From Octopus vulgaris (Eukaryota): DNA of 64,000 nucleotides. Position 1 is the stretch's first letter; each line of letters opens with the position of its first letter. Below, in pieces: positions 54,470 to 64,000 of this stretch. The position numbers and the translations under genes are program-made. The DNA lies in the NCBI GenBank assembly GCA_951406725.2, contig OX597835.1, positions 868,001 to 932,000 on the forward strand, in the 5' to 3' direction. The notes beneath the pieces are model-generated. The model had not been told where the DNA came from, searched no databases, and was given only the letters and a program-made list of their open reading frames with translations.

Positions 54470-54890
54470 GGCAGTTATGAAAGGCTATCAAGACCAAACA
54501 CCCAGAAAAACTGATGAATGGGGTCTTGTTTCATTAGGAGAATGCTTCAGCACACAAGTCCTTGCTTTCAATGGTTGCTGTGTATGACTGGCTTTGATCT
54601 GGTTGATCCCCCTCCTTAGGTTACTGATTTGGTTCCATCTGGTTATCATCTGTTCCCCAACATAGAAAAACACTCAGCTGGACACCAGTATCTCTGTGAT
54701 GATGACACCTTATCTGCTGTTGATGACCACTTTGACCAACAGAATAGCTTCTTCACCAGTGTGATCCAAGTGCTGCAACTACTTATGGAAGTATGTGGAT
54801 AGTAAGAGGAACTATGTTAAAAAAATGAACTTCATTCGGTCACATTCCATCAGAGTGTTTTGCTCAACTTATGAACATTCCAGCTGACCC
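54470..54890 (+). mobile_element. Mariner transposase 3' remnant
   Basis: Degenerate LF..ENASAHKS and DLVPSGYHLFPN motifs. Confidence 0.55.
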
Positions 54891-55114
54891 TCATAAAAAT
54901 AAAGATTATTATTATACCTGCATTTGTTTCAATGTTAACACTGAAAAAAAAAATCCACATTTTTCATTAAAAAATTTGGACCTGGGTTTGCACCCCCTTA
55001 GCAAATTTTGTTGCTGGGCCACTGTAGGAAGGGCATTCAACCATAGAGAATCTGCCACAACAAATTTCCATCCAACCTATAGAAGCATGGAAATGTGGAC
55101 CTTAAAATATATAT

Positions 55115-55493
55115 TCTTTTACTTGTTTCAGTCATTTGACTGTGGCCATGCTGGAGTACTGCCTTTAGTCAAAGAGATCGACACAAGGATATTTTCTTTG
55201 TAAACCTAGTATTTATTCCTTCGGTCTCTTTTGCTGACCCACTAAGTTATGGGGATGTAAACACACCAATATCGGTTGCCAAGAGATGGTGGGGGGGACA
55301 AGCACAAGCACACACACACACATATATATATATTATGGATTTATTTCAGTTTCCATCAACCAAGTCCACTCGCAAGGCTTTGGTTGGCCCAAGGGCAATA
55401 GTAGAAGACACTTGCCCAAGGTGCCACGCAGTGGGACTTAACCCAGAACCATGTGGTTGGGAAGCAAGCTTCTTACCACATAGCCATTACTGC

Positions 55494-55533
<40 letters not shown>

Positions 55534-57907
55534 GGAAGTGTGCGTGTGTGTATATGTTTCTGTTTGTGTTTGTTCCCCACCCCTTCACAACTGGTGTTAA
55601 TTTCCTTACATCCCATAACTTAGCAGTTCAGCAAAACAGACTGATGGAATAAGTAGAAGACTTTAAGAAGATAAATACTGAGATGAATTTATTTGACCAA
55701 ACCCTTGCAAGGTGGCGCCCCAGCATGACTGCAGTCCACGGACTGTAACAAGTCAAACAAATACTAAAGGACGTGTGATGGCTGGGAAACACAAGTGAAG
55801 AGGAGATATGTAGAAGTAACAGAAGACACCTTCAAGTCTAGACTCAACAACCAAAAGTCCTCTTTTAACATTCAGAAGAACTGTTATTTTACAACATTGG
55901 TGAGACATTTATGAATATTGAAAGAAAATGCTGCACAATATAACATCAACTGGAGTGTGATGCAAAAATGCAGACCTTTCCTCGTCAGCAGTTTGAGGTG
56001 CAAATGTTGCTTAGAGGAGAAAAGGATTATAATGTGGGGTTTCTTCTACTCAGGGAACTGTCTGAACTCTAAAAGCAAAATATATATCAACCAACTGGTC
56101 AGTCCCATTTAAGCAGTAAGGGCTAGTTTTTGTCTTGTTAGAAGTCATTTCAGCATAAAAAGGGTTGGTGCTACTTTAGTGTGTGATCTACCACAGGATC
56201 TGTAGTCTACACAGTGAAATAACCTGAATTCGGTTAGGATTTAGAGTAAGGGCTAAAGTGTAGAGTTATAGTTAGGGTTTAAAGTTATGGTTAGGGTTAA
56301 GGTTTAGGATTTGAGTTAGGATTAGATGGCACACCAGGTAGACCAGATGCTAGTGTCACCAAAAAGTTTTATCTCCTTCATGTCCACTACATACTCCCAT
56401 ATATGTACGCACCCACATATCTCTCTTTCTCCCGTGTTCTCTCTACCTTGTCCTTACTCTCTCTTCGTTCCACATTATTACAGATAAAAAAAAAATAATG
56501 GCCGGCATTTACCCTCGAATGGTGACATGCAGGACAATTAGAGATCAATCCAAGGGACACAACTCTAACGGGCTTTAGAGCTAGCTTGTTTTCTCCTTTT
56601 TGTGTTTTTCCATTTGTCTATTTGTCTCAGGGTTTTTTTCTATTTGTCTTTTTGCGTCGCTTCTGAGATTTATTGACAGAATAGTGTTTTGAGACATTCG
56701 GTAAAAACCATCCCAATCTATACTCTTCCACTCAACCTTAGAAGGTTTTTTTTAATGCAAAAACATTTGGAAATATGAAATGGATGTTATGAAACTAAAT
56801 TCATAAAACTTTACAGGTGCAGGAGTGGCTGTGTGGTAAGTAGCTTGCTAACCAACCACATGGTTCCAGGTTCAGTCCCACTGCGTGGCATCTTGGGCAA
56901 GTGTCTTCTGCTATAGCCTCAGGCCGACCAATGCCTTGTGAGTGGATTTGGGAGACAGAAACTGAAAGAAGCCTGTCGTATATATGTATATATATATATA
57001 TATATGTGTGTTTGTGTGTCTGTATTTGTACCCCTAGCATTGCTTGACAACCGATGCTGGTGTGTTTACATCCCCGTCACTTCGGCAAAAAGAGACCGAT
57101 AGAATAAGTACTGGGGTTGATTTGCTCGACTAAAGGCGGTGCTCCAGTATGGCCGCAGTCAAATGACTGAAACAAGTAAAAGAAGAAAGGAAAGAAAAGA
57201 ATATATATAAATAATGTGTGTGTGAAGTCACAGCACAGAGGAAAGTGTAGTGAGATTACATGAAGAGTACTGTGAGTTATTTTGAGGAGACTGAGGCAAC
57301 TGAAGCAGGAGATGAGAAAAGCTAAAGAAGGAAAGAGTCATCATCACGACCTCAATCTGACCAAATGGAAACTGAAAGAAGCCTGTTCTGTATATATATA
57401 TGTGTGTGTGTGTGTGTTTGTATTTGTCCCCCACCATAGCTTGACAACTAGTTTTGGTGTGCTTTCATCCCTGTAACAAAGCAGTTTGGCGAAAAAAGAA
57501 AAAACCCAATAGAATATGTACTTGGTTTTTAAAACTAGTAATTACTCAGATCACTTCATTTAACTAAAAGTTTTGCAAGGCAATACTCCAGCATGACTGC
57601 AATTTAATGCCTAAAACAAGTGAAAGATAAACGATATATATATGTATGTGTGTGTGTGTGTGTGTGTGTGGAGGCGCAATGGCCCAGTGGTTAGGGCAGC
57701 GGACTTGCGCTTGTAGGATCGCGGTTTCGATTCCCAGACCGGGCCCTGTGAGTGTTTATTGAGTGAAAACACTTAAAGCTCTACGAGGCTTTCTTCTGTT
57801 GACCTGCTCACTTAGCCAGCAGGGTGGCATCATTTGAAGGCTAAAACAATGCGAAGCGCATTGTGACCAGCGATGTGTAGCAACATCTGATAGCCTGGGT
57901 GATCACG

Positions 57908-57910
<3 letters not shown>
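55115..57910. mobile_element. SINE cluster (55115-55490 minus; 56815-57183 plus; 57669-57910 plus) with a GIY-YIG-like PLE remnant at about 55800-56090
   Basis: Similarity to families A and B; FKSRLNNQKSSF and CKCCLEEK. Confidence 0.65.
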
Positions 57911-57974
<64 letters not shown>

Positions 57975-58004
57975 TTATATATATATATATCATATATGTT
58001 TGTC

Positions 58005-59825
58005 ATCATCATCGTCGTTTAACGTCTGCTTTCAATGCTGGCATGGGTTGGACGATTTGGCTGCGCCAGACTCCAATCCAATCTGGCAACGTTTTTACAG
58101 CTAGATATCCTTCCACCACAACTCCAAGAGTGTAGTGGGTGCTTTTTATGTGCCTCTGGCACAGGAGCCAGTCAAGCGGTACTGGCAACAACCATGCTCG
58201 AATGGTGCTTTTTATGTGCCACCAGCATGGGACCAATCAGCTGGCACTGGTATCGATCATGCTCAAATGGTGCTTTTTACATGCCACTGGCATGGGAGCC
58301 AGTCAGGCAGCACTGGTAACCATAACGCTCGAATGATGCTACGGGTGCCAAGCAAGTGGTACTGTCATCAGCCATGTCAACAACTTCACTTGCTTCAACA
58401 GGTCTTCGCAGTGTATTGCCCAGTGATTGAAGTGTACTCTGAAATGAGCTGGTTATGCTGCACTGGTATAGGTCACGAGGTTATGGTCTCATTTGGCTTG
58501 CTGGGTCTTCTCAAGCACAGCATATCTCCAAACATCTCAGTTACTTGTCATTGCCTTGATAAAGCCCAACGTTTGAAGGTCATGCTTCACCATCTCATCC
58601 CAAGTCTTCCTGGGTCTACCTCTTCCACAGGTTCCCTCTACTGCTAGGATGTAACACTTTTTCACACAGCTGTCCTCATCCATACGCAACATATAATCAT
58701 ACCAGCACAGTCGTCTCTCTTGCACACCACATCTGATACTTCTTAGGTTCAACTTTTCTCTCATGGACACTGACATTACACATCCAGCGGAGCATACTAG
58801 CTTCATTCCTTGTGAGCTTATGCATGTCCTCAGCAGCCACGGCCCATGTTTAACTTCTGTGTAGCATGCATTATACAGTCTACCTTTTGCTCTGAGCAAA
58901 AGACCCTTTGTCACCAGCAGAAGTAGGAGCTCTCTGAACTTTGCTCAGGCTATTCTTATTCTAGCAGCTACACTCTCAGAGCATCCACCCCCGTTACTGA
59001 CTTGGTCACCTACGTAATGGAAGCTATCAACTTCTAGTTTTTTCCCTGGCATGTGACGGAAGCTGTTTTCTGCACATTTTCAGTGTTCGTTACCCCTCAG
59101 CATTTTCCACACAATAAACTATATTCCCCGTTAAACTTTCTATGATACTGCTGCACCTCTTATGTGTCCATAGCTTACACCAGATACATCTTATGGAGTT
59201 TCTATCTCCACCTTTTCTTCAGATCGAGCAGGGTCATCTACCTGAAGAGATTTGTGAGTTGTCTACCTTTGTAGTTATTAAGACTTTGGTTTTTGCTAGG
59301 TTGAAGGTCCTTTAATTCTAGACCTTGCTTCCACACCTGAAACTTCTCTAGTTCTGATATTGACTTAGCTATTAGAGCAAGGTCATTAGCATAGATCTCC
59401 CAGGGGCATCCAGTCTTGAATTCCTCTGTTATTGCCTGGAGGACTATAATGAATAAGAGGGGGCTGAGGACTGATCCTTGGTGGATCCCTACCCCTACCT
59501 GGAATTCTTCTCTATACTTGTTGCCAACCCCCACCTTACTGACAGCATACCTGTACATGGCTTGTACAGCTCTCACTAACCACTCATCTATCCCTAGTTT
59601 CCACATTGAGCACCAGATAAGGGATCGAGGGACCCTGTCAAAGGCTTTCTCCATGTCAACAAAAGCCAAGTACAGAGGTTTATCTTTGGCTAGGCTGTCT
59701 TACCAAAAATATAACAACAGTGGTGCTTCTTGCTGGCACAAACTCAAACTGCATCTTGTCTAAACTAACTTTCCTTAAATAGTTGGGCTATGGTCCTCTC
59801 TGTGATTTTCATAACCTGATCCAAT
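58005..59825 (-). mobile_element. Decayed RTE LINE with 3' UTR
   Basis: AFVDMEKAFDRVP, GIHQGSVLSPLLF and RGRPRKTW; frameshifts. Confidence 0.9.
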
Positions 59826-60558
59826 ACACATACACACAGACAAAGAGAAAAACAAAAATATGGATTTTAAATCTGGGAAAGTACTTTATGATCATTATAA
59901 TAAAATGAAAAGCATTTTCTTCATATAAAATGTTTTCTAATAAATATATTTTGAAGATCGTTTTTTATCTTTTTCTTGTTTCAGTCATTTGGACTTATGG
60001 CCATGTTGGGGCACCGCCTTTTAGTTGAACAAATCAACCACCACAGATTATTTTTTTTAAACCTGATACTTATTCTATCAGTTTCTTTTGCCAAACCACT
60101 ATGTTACAGGGATGTAAACATAAACACACCAACATCGGTTGTCAAGTGGTGGTGAGGGAGAAACACAGACACAAAAAATAGATATATATGTATATCTTTA
60201 TACAACAGGCTTCTTTCAGTTTCTTTCTACCAAATCCACTTTGGTTGTCTGTACATGCCATCACTTTTCTAACGCCATAAGACTATTTGTTGACGGGATG
60301 ACATACGAGGTCACCATGAAGAGACATCCGCACTTCATAAGAATTGTAGTGAGACAAAGAGAAAAAGTACATGAGGCAGGGGGGGAGAGAGGGAGAGAGA
60401 GAAAAATTCAAAGTGGTAGAGAATTCGGTGAGGGAAAGATGAAAAAGAGAAGGAAAAAAAGGATAAAAAGAAAGAAGAAAATTTAAAAGGAACAAAAAAA
60501 AATAGGCGAACAGGAGCTCAGCAAAGGTAAGAAATAAAATAATGATCCACGAGTAAGA

Positions 60559-61632
60559 ACGCACTTAGTTATTTCCCTTGATCTCTGTCCGTTTCCCTAA
60601 TTTGCCACCAGTCGTAATGAGGAAGAATGGCGCCATTTACGAAAGTTATTTTATTGAGGAAGATGAAGAAGAAGTTGGCTGAGTTGCTGACATCGTGAGA
60701 GATCTGTTAGGTTGTGATACAGCTGTATGAAAGACAGCTACACATACTGGTGAGTGACACTTCATTTATTCTAAAATCTCTATGATCTCGAATATCATTT
60801 AGTTATTTGAGGGAGATTTATCACAAAAGCCAGAAAAAGGAGAGAAAACTGGGATAATGTTTACTTTAACGCCCTGCCACCAAAATAATAATAATAATAA
60901 GTGTATTGGTCGTAAATAAATGTGTATTTAACGAATATGAGAAGAAACATTTGCGGCAACGAACCGATTATAAGGAAATTTGGGCGGAGGTAAGGAATAC
61001 GTACACCTCTTTCTTTACAAACCCACAAAGGGCTAAACACAGAGGGGACAAACAAGGACAGACAAAGGGATTAAGTCGATTACGTCGACCCCAGTGCGTA
61101 ACTGGTACTTGATTTATCGACCCCGAAAGGATGAAAGGCAACACCACCCGTTTTCAGCGTAACACAGCACCGGGTGTACGTATTCTTTACTTCTGCCGAA
61201 ATGTGAGGGAAAATGAGGAGAAGACTTTCGAAGATAAAGAAATGGAAAAATAGATTCGTTTATTTGAAAGTTTACCATTTATTTTCGTTTGAATGATAGA
61301 AAAAGGTTTTTAAAAAGGATTCCATGTATTATGGTGAGAGAAAGAAATCCATAAATACGGTGTTGAAAGGGTTTCAGGAAAATGAGTTTCTATAATGGGA
61401 GATTTTTCGTACGGCAGAGATTACGATTATAAAGAAATTTGTGAGAAAACTTTTAAATTTTTTCCGGGGAGTGGGGAGAAAAGTTTCGGATCAGGAAGAC
61501 CACATAAGTTCATTCTTTCGATATAACTCGACAAAATCAAAACATTTCACTTCGGGTATTTCCGTGGAAGCAAATGACAGTTCGACTCTGGAAATTTGCG
61601 GATTTTACATAGACACATGAAACCAGGTAAGA
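60559..61632. promoter_or_regulatory. Candidate divergent (bidirectional) promoter with first exons
   Basis: Mostly unique, CpG-enriched DNA; AATGGCGCCATT (YY1-like) near 60626; ATTGG; GGGCGG; donor-like CAG|GTAAGA at 61627 (plus) and AA|GTGCGT near 60564 (minus). Confidence 0.35.
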
Positions 61633-61767
61633 ACAAATATGCAAGGCTTTTTTTCTTCAAGTTTAAAATGAGACATTGCTGGCATAATTTCGTTATATCT
61701 ACACTCCACAAACCACAGAAATATCTGGTGAAATGTTTTGATTTTGTCGAGTTATATCGAAAGAATG
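61511..61767. repeat. Perfect 40-bp inverted repeat (61511-61550 and 61728-61767)
   Basis: cattctttcgatataactcgacaaaatcaaaacatttcac and its exact reverse complement. Confidence 0.93.
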
Positions 61768-61889
61768 CCTTTCATTTCTTTTTTGTACTTAAAAACTATA
61801 GGAGGAGCCTTTTCAGTATTAAAAAAAAAATGTAAATATTTTCAGAGGAAACAGTGGTTTAAGGGAGATTTGGCTGTCGTTTCTAGTGT

Positions 61890-62180
61890 GTTTCCAATTG
61901 TTTTGGTGGCTGATGTTCCTGCAGCTAGAAGGTCATTCCTAAGCTCTTCTCGAGTAGTTTTAGGGTTGTTCTGGACAGTTCTTAATAAATGTGATGTTGC
62001 ATGAGGGGATATCTTCCCGGGAGCTCCACATCGAGGATGCTTCACAGTGATCTTATCCCTTTCCCATTTACATACAATAGCACCCACAGTTGTTCACTTG
62101 TCTTCTGATAGCCAAATATAGCCTTGTGCAGCTTAATAATCTGATCTCTACAATCTTTAGACAACTCTTTGGTTTAACTC
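61890..62180 (-). mobile_element. Tc1 transposase N-terminal HTH remnant
   Basis: PRCGAPGKISP...VQNNPKTTREELRNDLLAAGT. Confidence 0.75.
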
Positions 62181-62586
62181 ATGGTGATTGATTTAATTTG
62201 TTAAATAATCTGAAAGAAACAAAATTATTTTAAATACAGTACATAATTAGATTTGTTAAGTTAGATTTCTTCTAATATATTGATATTTTATATTTACTTT
62301 GAATAAATATTCCTATATTTGATCATATTGCACTTTTGTCAATAATGTATCAAATAGTTATTTCTCATAGCATTTGTCAAATTCGTGTATAATTGCTAAG
62401 CTATATTATTTTATCCATTATTTAGGTTGTAATATTAACTGAAAGGTGTGTAAAAGTGTACTGCTATAATTTTATTATATTAGCATTAATAGAAATAGGT
62501 AAACTTTGAAAATCAGCAGGGTGTTAAATATATATATAACTCTAACCCTAACCCTCAGTGTATACATATATATATATATATATATA

Positions 62587-63933
62587 AAAACAAAAGTCCT
62601 AAGTAGGAAGGCAGGCAAACCACAAATGCCTTCAGGTAGATGGCCCTGCTCAATCTGTACTAGAGGCATAGGTAGAAAAGATGTGCCCAGTGTAAGCTAT
62701 GGACACACAAGAGGTGCAGCAATATCAAAGGAAGGCTAACTGGGAAGATAGTTTTTGTATGTGACAAATGCTCAGGTGCTATTCACACTGAAAATGTGCA
62801 GAGAACAGCTTCTGTCACATTCCAGGGAGAAAAACTACAAGTAGTTGATAGCTTCCGTTACCTAGGGGACCTAGTCAGTAGCGGGGATGGATGCTCTGAA
62901 AGTGTAGCTGCTAGAATAAGAATAGCCTGGACAAAGTTCAGAGAGCTCCTACCTCTGTTGGTAACAAAGGGCCTCTTGCTCAGAGTAAAAGACTGTATGA
63001 CGCATGTGTACGAACAGCCATGCTACATGGCAGTGAAACACGGGCTGTGACTGCTGAGGACATGCGTATGCTTGCAAGGAATGAAGCCAGTATGCTCCAC
63101 TGGATGTGTAATGTCAGTGTGCATACATGACAGTGTAAATGCCCTGAGAGAAAAGTTGGACTTAAGAAGCATCAGATGTGGTGTGCAAGAGAGACGACTG
63201 CGCTGGTATGGTCATGTGGCGAGAATGGATGAGGATAACTGTGTGAAAAGTGCCACACTCTAGCGGTTGAGGGAACCTGTGGAAGAGGTAGACCCAAGAA
63301 GACCTGGGAGGAAGTGGTGAAGCACGACCTTTGAACTTTAGGCCTCATCAAGGCAATGACTAGTGACTGAGACTTTTGGAAATATGCTGTGCTTGAGAAG
63401 ACCCAGCAAGCCAAATGAGACCATAACCTTGTGGCCTATGCCAGGGATGTAACCATCCCACTTATATGTACCTTTCCTTCTTTGGACATTAAACTCTGCT
63501 TGCGAAGACCTGTTGAGACAAGTGAAATTGAAATCAAATTCGATGACTGGCATCTGTGCTAGTGGGGCTCTAAGAGCACCATCCGAGCGTGATCGTTGCC
63601 AGAGCAGCTAACTGGCTTCCGTGCCGGTGGCACGTAAAAGGCACCATTTGAGCGTGATCATCACCAGCATCGCCTTACTAGTACTTGTGCCGGTGGCATG
63701 TGAAAAAGCATTTGAGTGAGGTCGTTGCTAGTACTGCCTGACTGGCCCCTGTGCTAGTGGCATGTAAAAGCAGCCACTACACTCTCGGAGTGGTTGGCAT
63801 TAGGAAGGGCATCCAGCTGTAGAAACCCTGCCAGATCAAGATTGGAGCCTGGTGCAGCCATCTGGTTCGCCAATTCTCAGTCAAATCGTCCAACCCATGC
63901 TAGCATGGAAAGCGGATGTTAAACAATGATGAT
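62587..63933 (+). mobile_element. 5'-truncated RTE 3' portion with UTR and (GAT)n tail
   Basis: SGRWPCSIC, VVDSFRYLGD and RRLRWYGHVARM; tail at about 63925. Confidence 0.9.
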
Positions 63934-64000
63934 GTAACAGTGTGTTAGTAAACTAACATTTTTACGCTGTTTTCAGGTTTCAATGTCGGTGCTAACTTGT

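Noticed and set aside
56230-56325. Interstitial telomere (also taaccc near 62545)
   Set aside because: Too degenerate and short; such ttaggg-like tracts are common inside non-autonomous elements.

Overview
This is eukaryotic, extremely repeat- and microsatellite-rich DNA, most likely an octopus/coleoid cephalopod (inferred from the RTE LINE and tRNA-SINE landscape and the (TA)n/(TG)n density; not verified). The only recognisable host gene is an ATG4B-like autophagy cysteine protease on the minus strand, with about 381 codons in one uninterrupted block (17448-18593) and no ATG of its own. About 50 nt upstream, on the same strand, is a hammerhead ribozyme motif inside one arm of a ~600-bp inverted duplication typical of Penelope-like elements; several more hammerhead motifs are scattered through the window. 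About 18 kb upstream is a candidate promoter and first exon with duplicated CLEAR/M-box, CCAAT and E2F-like motifs, enclosed by a perfect 115-bp inverted repeat. The rest is decayed mobile DNA: RTE, CR1-like, Dong/R4 and CRE LINEs, Penelope pieces, a Gypsy remnant, a Buster-type hAT, Tc1/mariner, Helitrons, SINEs and a 32-bp minisatellite. Repeat boundaries were read by eye and are approximate.
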